A program made the position numbers and the translations under genes. This document shows positions 51,783 to 60,623 of a stretch of 64,000 nucleotides of DNA, piece after piece (positions within the stretch are counted from its first letter, which is position 1; every line of letters starts with the position of its first letter). The stretch lies in NCBI GenBank assembly GCA_963740355.1, contig CAVUDW010000003.1:800001-864000 (forward strand). The letters are read 5' to 3'. The notes below the pieces were generated by a model. It did not search any database, was not told where the DNA came from, and worked only from the letters and a program-made list of their open reading frames with translations. The stretch is from an uncultured Gemmatimonadaceae bacterium. Its GTDB lineage: Bacteria; Gemmatimonadota; Gemmatimonadetes; Gemmatimonadales; Gemmatimonadaceae.

Positions 51783-53924
51783 TTACGGGAACGGACGCGG
51801 TCGGGGGCGCGGCTGCGGCCAGGGTTCGGAACCCTGTCCCGCCAAGGATCGAATCGCGAGCGCCCGCAATGGCGCATTGCCCGACTCGATCAATCGCTGG
51901 AGTGGTGCGACGGCCTTTTCGCCCATCACACCGATGGCGCGCACCATCGCCCACTTCACATCGGCGTCCATCTCCTTGTTGAGCGCTGATTCGATCGCAG
52001 CCGCAGTCTCGCCGTCTTCGATCTCATACAGGGCCCAGGCTGCGGTGGAGCGCACACGCGCGTTCCGGTCGGACAGCAGCGACACCAACGCCGCCGGTGC
52101 ACGCTTTGGGCTTGCGTTGCCGATGCCCCAAGCGGCGAGTTCGCGCACCTCTGCATCCTCATCGTCAAGCACCGACACCAGTGCATCGATCGATTCAGTG
52201 GACCGGCCACTGGCGCCATCACCCAGCGACCAGACCGCAGTCTGCTTCACCGACCGCTCGCGCTCCTGGCGAATGGCATCCGCCAGCGCAGCGGCGACGA
52301 TCGGCTTGTCAGCAGCGTCAGACAACGCCCATGCGGCCATCTCGCGTACCGAAGCACTCGGATCGCGCCTCACGGCATACACGAGCGCCTCGAGCGCGGC
52401 ACTGTTGTCAGTGAAATCATTCAGGCCCCACGCTGCCGTTCGACGGAGTGACGCCGATGTGTCCGTGCGCAGGATGCGAGCGAGGACACTGGCTCGCGCA
52501 CTGCTGTCCGACCGGGTTCGCACCGCGCGCATTTCGCGCAGCAACTCGTCTCGACGTTCCGTGCTCGATGATTCCGACGGGCTCTCGACGGCCACTGCCA
52601 ATGGAGCGGCCGCGGCGCGCGGTGCTGCTGATGCCTGCGGCGCCATCACGGCGTTGGCCGGACCCGAGACGGAGTTCGCCGCGCGTAGCGTCATCGTGTC
52701 GGCTCGCACCACTTCCCTTGTCGCCGTCCGTACGCGCCCGGAATCCTGCGCAACCATCGGCGCCTCATTCGAGCCCGCGTTTTGCGGCGGCGCTGGCTGC
52801 GGCGCGGTGGCGATGCGCGGCACCGCCGATCCCGTCACGATGGCAAACATCATCACACCACCGGCCAGCGTGCTGGCCTGCATCCGAGTCGGCGCTGAGC
52901 GCATCAGCGACGGATCGAGAATCGCAAGCATTCTGCCCTCGAACTCCGAGCGGGTCGCCATCGCCATCGCCACCGACGGTGTCGCGTGGTTGCGGACCGA
53001 AGTCACGATGTCGAGCAGGTGTTCCGCGTAGTCACTGGCACGCGTGCCGCAGCCGAGCGCGAGATCGTCGCACGCGCGCTCACCTTCGGCGCGCAGGCGT
53101 CGGGCCGCCGTCCAGGCGAGCGGGTGAAACCAATACAGCGCGCAAACGACACGACCAAGTGTGTGGCCCACCATGTCGCGACGACGGATGTGCGCGAGTT
53201 CGTGCAGCAATACCGCTGCTCGGCGATCACTGGTCCAGTTCTCACAGTCGGCAGGCAGCACGATCGTCGGGTGACGCAAGCCGCAGGCGAATGGCATCGT
53301 GACGTTGTCGGCGCGCAACAACTCTGGAATCGCACCAAGCTCGAGCCGGTCCGCGATGTCGATCATCGTGCCCTGCCACTCGTGTGCCGTCAGTGGCGTG
53401 GCCGTGCGCACGATGCGACGTACGCTGTATGCGCCATACGCCAGCCAGCCAAGCACCGAGGCCGCGACGACGGCCCAGGCGAGAACCACCATCGATACGA
53501 GCGAAAGTGGCGTTGAACTTTCACTCGAGCCGAGGGCACTGGCGGGCGCGGAGGTCGGCGCGGCTCCGTCGGCCGCTGTTGGCTCATTGCGCGTGACACC
53601 GGCAGGAACGCGAGTCGAGAGTGCGGCATCCGGGTTGCTGCTCCCGGTGGCAGCGACCGGCTCCGAGACCGTCGAGACCACTGGAGCGAAGCCCCATGAC
53701 GCGGGCAACACGGCGAATCGGACGGGGCTCCACACGGCGAGCATCGGCAGCGCCAACAGTGCGAGCAACGACGCAACCCAGACCAGGTGTCGCGACGTCG
53801 CCGAGGCACGCTGCATGAGCGTCGTCAGCGCGAGCGCGACCAGCAGGACGGCGGTCGCCTTCAGCACCACCAGTCCGGCCGGCACCAGTGCCACGGCTCG
53901 CGGATCGAGGAATTCGCTTTGCAT
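51783..53924 (-). CDS. BlaR1/MecR1-type M56 metalloprotease with C-terminal HEAT-repeat domain
   Basis: RHLVW, HELAHIRRRD, WFHPLAW, ERACD; last TM, low-complexity linker, HEAT repeats, C-terminus PWPQPRPRPRPFP. Confidence 0.92.
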   Translation of the reverse strand: MQSEFLDPRAVALVPAGLVVLKATAVLLVALALTTLMQRASATSRHLVWVASLLALLALPMLAVWSPVRFAVLPASWGFAPVVSTVSEPVAATGSSNPDAALSTRVPAGVTRNEPTAADGAAPTSAPASALGSSESSTPLSLVSMVVLAWAVVAASVLGWLAYGAYSVRRIVRTATPLTAHEWQGTMIDIADRLELGAIPELLRADNVTMPFACGLRHPTIVLPADCENWTSDRRAAVLLHELAHIRRRDMVGHTLGRVVCALYWFHPLAWTAARRLRAEGERACDDLALGCGTRASDYAEHLLDIVTSVRNHATPSVAMAMATRSEFEGRMLAILDPSLMRSAPTRMQASTLAGGVMMFAIVTGSAVPRIATAPQPAPPQNAGSNEAPMVAQDSGRVRTATREVVRADTMTLRAANSVSGPANAVMAPQASAAPRAAAAPLAVAVESPSESSSTERRDELLREMRAVRTRSDSSARASVLARILRTDTSASLRRTAAWGLNDFTDNSAALEALVYAVRRDPSASVREMAAWALSDAADKPIVAAALADAIRQERERSVKQTAVWSLGDGASGRSTESIDALVSVLDDEDAEVRELAAWGIGNASPKRAPAALVSLLSDRNARVRSTAAWALYEIEDGETAAAIESALNKEMDADVKWAMVRAIGVMGEKAVAPLQRLIESGNAPLRALAIRSLAGQGSEPWPQPRPRPRPFP

Positions 53925-53926
53925 GG

Positions 53927-54322
53927 CTACCTCCCGCTCTGGCGAGCGCCGGCGATCCGGGCACGCAGCGTCTGGAGTTCCGCGTCCGTGAGGCCGGTGT
54001 CCGACATTCGGAGCAGCGCGGTCACGGCATGCTCTGTGGAGCCCGCGAAATAGGTCCGGACGACATGGTCGAGCACATCGGCCTGCGCCTGCTCGGTGGG
54101 CGCCGCCGGGAAGTAGACATACCTCGGTCCGTCTTCCTTGAACGCGATGAGGGCCTTTTCGCCCAGGATGCGCAAAATCGAGCGGACGGCCGAGTAGGTG
54201 GGCGGATCGGGGAGCTCCGCCATGATCTCCGCCACGGTCGATTCTCCTCGACGGTGGAGGATGTCCATCACCTGCCGTTCGCGTCGGGTGAGGTCTTCGG
54301 TTGGCTTTGGCGTGGGCGTCAT
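53927..54322 (-). CDS. BlaI/MecI/CopY-family transcriptional repressor
   Basis: LTRRERQVMDIL, YSAVRSILRIL, RYVY, YFAGS; 2 nt upstream of the M56 gene. Confidence 0.92.
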   Translation of the reverse strand: MTPTPKPTEDLTRRERQVMDILHRRGESTVAEIMAELPDPPTYSAVRSILRILGEKALIAFKEDGPRYVYFPAAPTEQAQADVLDHVVRTYFAGSTEHAVTALLRMSDTGLTDAELQTLRARIAGARQSGR

Positions 54323-54345
54323 GACGGCAGGGGCTCGGGGCTATG

Positions 54346-54410
54346 CTGAATTTTCAGTCTGTTGAATTTTCAACTGTGCTGATTATTCAGCAGAGCCGCC
54401 GCCCTGTCAA
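54346..54410 (-). promoter_or_regulatory. Sigma70-like promoter with three tandem palindromic operators
   Basis: Minus strand TTGACA-N17-AATAAT; palindromes CTGAATTTTCAG (54346-57), GTTGAATTTTCAAC (54361-74) and TGCTGATTATTCAGCA (54377-92). Confidence 0.8.
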
Positions 54411-54715
54411 GCCCCCGCCGTTCTCTCCGGTCTCTGGGCGACCACTGTCCCGTCCCCGACGCGCCGCGTGATCCACCCCTCCTCCTGCAGCCGACTGAGC
54501 GCCCCTTCGACGGTATTCCGCGACACGGCGAGGTCCGCCACCAGCGCCCGGGACGACGGCAGCCGAGCTCCGGGCAGCAGTCGCCCGGACTCGATCCGCT
54601 CGCGCAACTGCAGGTAGATCTGCCGATAGAGCGCGGTCCCCGCCTCTGCATCGGCCCGCGACAGCTTGAGCGGCGGACCGGTTCCGATCGGCACTCTCTT
54701 CTTCGGTGCTGTCAT
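54407..54715 (-). CDS. GntR-family winged-helix domain only (MocR/GabR-like N-terminus)
   Basis: LYRQIY..IESGRLLPGARLPSSRAL..VSRNTV..LQEEGWI; GGAGG RBS; no effector domain. Confidence 0.8.
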   Translation of the reverse strand: MTAPKKRVPIGTGPPLKLSRADAEAGTALYRQIYLQLRERIESGRLLPGARLPSSRALVADLAVSRNTVEGALSRLQEEGWITRRVGDGTVVAQRPERTAGA

Positions 54716-54741
54716 CCTCCACCTCATCGCTTCAAAACTTC

Positions 54742-55028
54742 GAACTGCTCGAACGCAGCACGGCAACAGCGAACTGCATTAACGCGGAACAGCTGAACGG
54801 CGATACTGCAACAGCCGCAGAACAGAACAGCCGCAGAACTGCAACTGCAGACGGCGAGGTAAAGGGCCTTGGAAACGGGAGGTCGGCGAGCGAGAAGTTC
54901 TCACGAAGAATCAGAAACTCCCGCCGTGCGAGACTGAAATTTCCAAGGGCAGTTTTGCGGAAGTTCGCAGTCTTGCGGCTGTCGCTTCATCCGTGTGCTG
55001 TTTTGCGATCAAGCAGTAGCAGTTGCAA
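54742..55028. repeat. Fold-back intergenic element, family B (degenerate)
   Basis: Left side has AACTGC and ACAGCCGCAGAAC units; right side has GTTTTGCGG, TTGCGGCTGT and GCTGTTTTGCGATCAAGCAGT; inner CCTTGGAAA/TTTCCAAGG. Confidence 0.7.
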
Positions 55029-55042
55029 TTGCCCTTCGTCTA

Positions 55043-56371
55043 TCATCTCGCGCCCGGAACGAGCGCCTGGTACACGAGGGTCATGAAGCGCGACGAGATG
55101 TCGCTGGAGTTGGGGAGCTGCTGGATCATGAACACTATCACCAGCCGTTCCTTGGGATCCACACTGTAGTTCGAGCCGTAGGCGCCGCCCCAGCCGTAGG
55201 AACCGACGGAGCGGAAGCCGTCGGCGCCGAGGCGGTCGACGGTCGAGAAGCCGAGCCCAAAACCCATGCCATCATTGGAGAAAAGCGTGCCCACCTGGTT
55301 GGTGGACATCAGCTCCACCGTGCGCGGTGCGAGAATCCGTGCGCCATCGAGCACGCCGCCATTCAACATCATCTGCAGCAGGCGTGAGTAGTCACGCGCC
55401 GTCGACAGCAGGCCGGCGCCACCCGAAAAGCTTTTACGCGGGCCTTCCACGTAATCGCCCTGTCCGCGCGGACCGTCGGGGGCGCGCACGCTGTGCCGGG
55501 TGGAGTCGCTCATGTACACGGTCGTGATGCGCGAACGCTTCGACTCGGGCAGGTAGAAGTGCGTGTCGGTCATCCGCAGCGGCGTCGTGATGCGCGTGCG
55601 GAAGAACTCATCCAGCGGCATCCCTGACACGCGCTCCACGACGCAGCCGAGGATGTCGGTGTTGTATCCGTAGACGAACGCTGCGCCAGGCTGCGCCACG
55701 AACGGCAACGTGCCAAGACGATCCATCGAGGAGCAGGTCGGCTCGCTCTTGTCGGCCGTGTACCACCCCCACCCCGCCGCCGGTCCGAGTGACTGTGCGC
55801 GGTAGGCCTCTGCCACACGCTGATCCGTGCCGTACGAAATGCCTGCGGTGTGCGTCAGCAGGTCCTTGATCGTGATCGGGCGCCGCGCTGGCACCGCGCT
55901 GGTCGCCCCCTCTGCCATCACCGTGGTGTTGGCGAAGGTCGGCATGTAGGTGCTCACCCGATCGCCCAACGTCAGCTTTCCTTGCTCGACCAGCGAAAGG
56001 ATCGCGATGCTGGTGAGGGCCTTGGTCTGCGAGGCGATGCGGAAGATTGCGTCCGGTGTCATGCGACGCGATGACGCCTTGTCTGCATATCCCACTGCGC
56101 GCTCGTAGATCAATTTGCCGTCTCGCATCACCAGGCCGACGGCACCGGTGATGCTGTTGTCGGCGACGGCACCTTCCAGGAGCGAGTCGAGCCGCGCAAG
56201 TCGTGCACGCGACACGCCGGCGACCGTGGCGGCGCGCGCCTCCGGTGCTGCGAATCCAGCCTGGGCCCGCGCTGTGGAAACCAGTGGCGCCGCAACCAGC
56301 GCGAACGCGAAGCCGACGTTGCGCAGGCTGGCCGCAACGACACGAGTGACGCGATAGAATGAAGGAGTCAT
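55043..56371 (-). CDS. Beta-lactamase-family serine hydrolase (S12 / esterase-like)
   Basis: FRIASQTK (SxxK), LLTHTAG, FVYGYN, SGGAGLLSTARDY, WGGA. Start uncertain. Confidence 0.9.
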   Translation of the reverse strand: MTPSFYRVTRVVAASLRNVGFAFALVAAPLVSTARAQAGFAAPEARAATVAGVSRARLARLDSLLEGAVADNSITGAVGLVMRDGKLIYERAVGYADKASSRRMTPDAIFRIASQTKALTSIAILSLVEQGKLTLGDRVSTYMPTFANTTVMAEGATSAVPARRPITIKDLLTHTAGISYGTDQRVAEAYRAQSLGPAAGWGWYTADKSEPTCSSMDRLGTLPFVAQPGAAFVYGYNTDILGCVVERVSGMPLDEFFRTRITTPLRMTDTHFYLPESKRSRITTVYMSDSTRHSVRAPDGPRGQGDYVEGPRKSFSGGAGLLSTARDYSRLLQMMLNGGVLDGARILAPRTVELMSTNQVGTLFSNDGMGFGLGFSTVDRLGADGFRSVGSYGWGGAYGSNYSVDPKERLVIVFMIQQLPNSSDISSRFMTLVYQALVPGAR

Positions 56372-56417
56372 GCCGGCCACAATGCCCCCCTGCACCGCCT
56401 TCAGCAAGGCACGACCC

Positions 56418-57638
56418 ATGCGCTGGCTTCCCGCGTCCCTGCTCGCCCTCAGCGCGTGTGCCGCACGCGGCCACTCGACGCCCTACAGCAATCCACACGT
56501 ATCGGAACCCATCGGCACCGTGCGCGAGATGTACGACGGACGGCTGACGCCAGAGCTGGCCGCACAGACGTTTCGCAACATCGATCGCCTCTTCCCCTCG
56601 CGCATCGTCGCCAACGGCGCCACGGTCTCGCCCCTGCCGCCGGCCGCCGCACCGCTGGTGTCAGTCGACTTCACCGCGGCCGGAAAGACCTACTCGATCG
56701 ATGACTACATGCGCATCAATCGAGTGAGCGGCCTGCTGGTACTGAAGGACGGACGTGTGGCACTGGAGCGATACGCCCTCGGCGCCACGCCGCAGACGCA
56801 CTGGATGTCCATGTCGATGGCGAAGTCCGTGACCTCGACACTGATCGGGATCGCGCTCGAGGAGGGTCGCATCACGACGCTCGATGATCCGGTCACGAAG
56901 TACGTTCCGTCGCTGGCTGGCAGTGCGTACGACGGCGTCAGTGTGCGGAACGTGCTGATGATGGCCTCGGGCGTCCGATGGAACGAGACCTACACCGATC
57001 CAAATTCTGATCGGCGTCACCTGCTCGAAGCACAGATTGCTCAGCGACCCGGCGCCGCGCTGGCCCTCATGGCGTCCCTCCCACGCGCCGCGGCCCCCGG
57101 CTCGAAATGGAATTACAGCACCGGTGAGACGCTCGTCGCCGGCGAACTGCTCCGCGGTGCGATCAATACATCGTTATCAGGATACCTGAGCGAAAAGATC
57201 TGGAAGCCGGCGGGAATGGAGAGTGCCGCGACCTGGTGGCTCGATTCGCCCAACGGCCACGAAATCGCTGGCAGCGGCATGACCGCCACGCTGCGCGACT
57301 GGGGACGCTTCGGGCTGTTCGTCCTCAACGACGGTGTCATCAACGGGCGCAAGCTGTTGCCCGACAACTGGTTCGCCGAGGCCGGCACCCCGCGCACGCT
57401 GGTCAACGGGCAGTCTCAGCAGTACGGCTACATGTGGTGGCCAACGCCCGCCGCGCCAGGCTCCATCAATGACGGTGCCTTCAGCGCGGAGGGGATTTTC
57501 GGGCAGTGGACATACATCAATCCCAGCCAGCATCTCGTGATCGTACAATTGGCCGCACAAACGGTCCCATCTGGCGGCGATCTGCTGAATCCTGAGGATT
57601 TCTTCGGCGCAATCGCGACCGCACTCGCAGCACGGTGA
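56418..57638 (+). CDS. Beta-lactamase-family serine hydrolase lipoprotein (NylB-like)
   Basis: Lipobox LSAC, SMSMAKS (SxxK), WNYST, YGYMWW, GIFGQ. Confidence 0.9.
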   Translation: MRWLPASLLALSACAARGHSTPYSNPHVSEPIGTVREMYDGRLTPELAAQTFRNIDRLFPSRIVANGATVSPLPPAAAPLVSVDFTAAGKTYSIDDYMRINRVSGLLVLKDGRVALERYALGATPQTHWMSMSMAKSVTSTLIGIALEEGRITTLDDPVTKYVPSLAGSAYDGVSVRNVLMMASGVRWNETYTDPNSDRRHLLEAQIAQRPGAALALMASLPRAAAPGSKWNYSTGETLVAGELLRGAINTSLSGYLSEKIWKPAGMESAATWWLDSPNGHEIAGSGMTATLRDWGRFGLFVLNDGVINGRKLLPDNWFAEAGTPRTLVNGQSQQYGYMWWPTPAAPGSINDGAFSAEGIFGQWTYINPSQHLVIVQLAAQTVPSGGDLLNPEDFFGAIATALAAR

Positions 57639-57740
57639 TGGCGCATCGGTGTCGACGGTAGTTTTCATGCCGACGGCCAACGCCACACGCCTCGGCCGCG
57701 TACAAAACTCATGCGACCTGCAGCCACGACGCCACGACCC

Positions 57741-58400
57741 ATGCGCCCGATCATCGCCCTTGCGAGCGCCTTCTGCGCCGCCACTTGCCTCGCGACATCA
57801 CAGCTCTCCGCGCAGGCCGCACCACCGCAATACGTCACCGCCAAGGTTCGTGCCGACAGCGCACGGTATCCGTATACCGAAGCCGACGTGTCGTTCATGT
57901 CGGGAATGATCGGCCACCATGCACAGGCCATCGTGATGGCGAAGTGGGCGCCAAGCCACGGCGCCGATCCAGCCGTGCAGCGTCTCGCCGAACGCATCAT
58001 CAACGCGCAGGAAGACGAGATCGCGACCATGTCACGCTGGCTCGCGGATCGACAGAAGCCGGTGCCCGAAGCCAAGCCGATGTCGCACGACATGCCCGGC
58101 ATGGCTGGCATGGACCACTCGGCAATGATGATGCCCGGCATGCTGACCGATGCGCAGATGAAGGAACTCGACGCAGCGCGCGGCCCGGAATACGACCGGC
58201 TTTTCCTCACCTACATGATCCAGCACCACAAGGGTGCCACGGCGATGGTCACGAAGCTGTTCGGCACCACCGGTGCAGGCCAGGACGAGACGGTGTTCAA
58301 GTTCGCGTCCGACGTGAACGTCGACCAGACCACCGAGATCGCGCGCATGCAGCGCATGCTGTTCGAGTTCGAGTTGAAGCGCGCTGGCGCACCTGACTGA
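57741..58400 (+). CDS. DUF305-domain secreted protein
   Basis: FMSGMIGHHAQA, Q..EI..M, Met/His-rich linker, MIQHHKGA, DQTTEIARM. Confidence 0.9.
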   Translation: MRPIIALASAFCAATCLATSQLSAQAAPPQYVTAKVRADSARYPYTEADVSFMSGMIGHHAQAIVMAKWAPSHGADPAVQRLAERIINAQEDEIATMSRWLADRQKPVPEAKPMSHDMPGMAGMDHSAMMMPGMLTDAQMKELDAARGPEYDRLFLTYMIQHHKGATAMVTKLFGTTGAGQDETVFKFASDVNVDQTTEIARMQRMLFEFELKRAGAPD

Positions 58401-58479
58401 TCGCGTGCACCACAGAATGTCCGAGTTGTCGATGTCGCAGCTCTGCAGTTCCCCCACGGCTTTTCCAAGGAAATCAGAC

Positions 58480-60468
58480 ATGGCCGCACGTTTGTCCGTA
58501 CGCTTGACCGCGGTGCCACTGGCGACCGCATTCCTCGCTGCGGTGGCGGTTGCGCCGTCAGCAGCGGCGCAGATGCCGCGGGGTGCACAGGTCACGGCGG
58601 CATCCGCCCCGACGCCCGACCCCCGCGTGGGGCTCCGCGCCGGTCTGTACGATGCCGCAGAAGCGACATGGAACATGAACGTCATCTCGAGGACGCGCCC
58701 GCCGGAGAAGTTCGCGCCGTCGACGAACTCCGACCTCGCCTTCACGGGCAAGTACGCGATCCAGGGCAGCTACAACGGCTACCAGATCTGGGACATCTCG
58801 AATCCCGCATCGCCGGTGCTGACGACAGCCTACTACTGCCCGGCCTCGCAGAGCGACGTGTCGGTGTACAAGAACCTGCTCTTCGTGTCGGGCGAAGGCC
58901 TCACCGGCCGTATCGACTGCGGCGAGCAGGGAGTGCGCGACACGGTCAGCAAGGATCGCCTGCGTGGCGTGCGCATCTTCGACATCTCCGACATCAAGAA
59001 CCCGCGGAACGTCGGCAATGTGCAGACCTGCCGCGGCTCGCACACGCACACCGTGCTGGTGGATCCGAAGGACACCGAGAACGTCTACATCTACATCTCG
59101 GGCTCATCCAGCGTTCGCTCACCGAACGAACTTCCTGGCTGCGTCAGCGCGACGCCCGACCAGAATCCGAACTCGGCGCTGTTCCGCATCGAAGTGATCA
59201 AGGTGCCGGTCGCGCACCCGGAGCGCTCGGCGATTGTGAGCTCCCCGCGCATCTTCAACGACCTGACCGCGCCTGCGCGTCATGGTGAAGCAGCGGAAGA
59301 CATCGCCGCCGCCGCCAAGGCACTGGCCGACGCAAAGGCCAAGGGCATGTTCACCGGCATGGTGTTCGGCAGCGAGCGCGTGTTGCCCAACAACATGGTG
59401 CGACCGATGCTCGATAGCGTCGTCAAGGCGCGCGGTGGTGCCGGAACGGCAACCAGTGCCGATAGCGCCGCCCTGCGTGCCGCACTGCCGACGATTCTCG
59501 CCGCACGGAGCGGCGAACGTCCCGGCGGCAACCGCAATGCAGGACCGACACAGTGCCATGACATCACCGTCTATCCGGCGATCGGCCTCGCTGGTGGTGC
59601 CTGCGGGGGCTACGGACTGCTGCTCGACATTCGCAATCCTGCCGCGCCTGTGCGTATCGGCGCGGTCGCCGACTCGAACTTCTCGTTCTGGCACTCGGCC
59701 ACGTTCAACAATGATGGCACCAAGGTGCTCTTCACCGACGAATGGGGCGGTGGTGGCCAGCCGAAGTGCCGCAGCACGGACAAGCATGAGTGGGGCGCGG
59801 ATGCACTCTTCACGCTGAAGGACGGCGTGATGACATTCCAGAGCTACTACAAGATGCCGGCCGCGCAGACTGTGAATGAGAACTGCGTCGCGCACAACGG
59901 TTCCCTGATTCCGATTCCGGGTCGCGATGTGTTCGTGCAATCGTGGTATCAGGGTGGCATCTCGATCTTCGACTGGACCGACATCACCAAGCCGACGGAA
60001 ATCGCCTACTTCGATCGTGGCCCGGTCGACTCGACGCGCATGGGCAACGGCGGCACTTGGTCGGTGTACTGGTACAACGGCTTGATCGTGAGCTCGGAGA
60101 TCTCGCGCGGTCTCGACATCATGGAGCTGACGCCGAGTGCGTTGGTCACGCAGAACGAGATCGATGCCGCCAAGACAGTGCACTTCGACTACCTCAATGC
60201 ACAGGGCCAGCCGAAGCTGATCTGGCCGCCGAGCTTTGCGAAGGCGCGCGCCTTTGCCGACCAGCTCGAGCGTTCCAATGGTCTCTCGACGGCTCGGCTC
60301 GCCTCGGTGCGTGCAGCGTTGACGGCAGCCGAGAAGCTCTCAGGCAGCGCTCGCAACACGGCGCTATCGCGACTCTCGTCGCAGTTGCACACTGAGGCGA
60401 CGTCATCCAGCGACGCACCGAAGGCGCACATGCTTGCCACCGCAGTCGGAGAGTTGGCCGCGAAGTAG
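58480..60468 (+). CDS. Secreted LVIVD-repeat beta-propeller protein, paralog 1
   Basis: Signal peptide; NSDLAF, IWDISNP, IFDISD, TCRGSHTHT, CHDITV, WHSATF, CVAHNG. Confidence 0.85.
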   Translation: MAARLSVRLTAVPLATAFLAAVAVAPSAAAQMPRGAQVTAASAPTPDPRVGLRAGLYDAAEATWNMNVISRTRPPEKFAPSTNSDLAFTGKYAIQGSYNGYQIWDISNPASPVLTTAYYCPASQSDVSVYKNLLFVSGEGLTGRIDCGEQGVRDTVSKDRLRGVRIFDISDIKNPRNVGNVQTCRGSHTHTVLVDPKDTENVYIYISGSSSVRSPNELPGCVSATPDQNPNSALFRIEVIKVPVAHPERSAIVSSPRIFNDLTAPARHGEAAEDIAAAAKALADAKAKGMFTGMVFGSERVLPNNMVRPMLDSVVKARGGAGTATSADSAALRAALPTILAARSGERPGGNRNAGPTQCHDITVYPAIGLAGGACGGYGLLLDIRNPAAPVRIGAVADSNFSFWHSATFNNDGTKVLFTDEWGGGGQPKCRSTDKHEWGADALFTLKDGVMTFQSYYKMPAAQTVNENCVAHNGSLIPIPGRDVFVQSWYQGGISIFDWTDITKPTEIAYFDRGPVDSTRMGNGGTWSVYWYNGLIVSSEISRGLDIMELTPSALVTQNEIDAAKTVHFDYLNAQGQPKLIWPPSFAKARAFADQLERSNGLSTARLASVRAALTAAEKLSGSARNTALSRLSSQLHTEATSSSDAPKAHMLATAVGELAAK

Positions 60469-60623
60469 CTCGACATTCCAGAAACTCGCCGGCGCGTCGA
60501 CCGTACGTCGCAACGCCGGGCCCTCTGGACGACTGGTTGAACGAAGCCGTCCCCGTGCCAAGATTGTCCCGGCACGAGGACGGCTTCGTCTTTGTGGCAC
60601 ACACACCTTCACTGCAAATCGAT

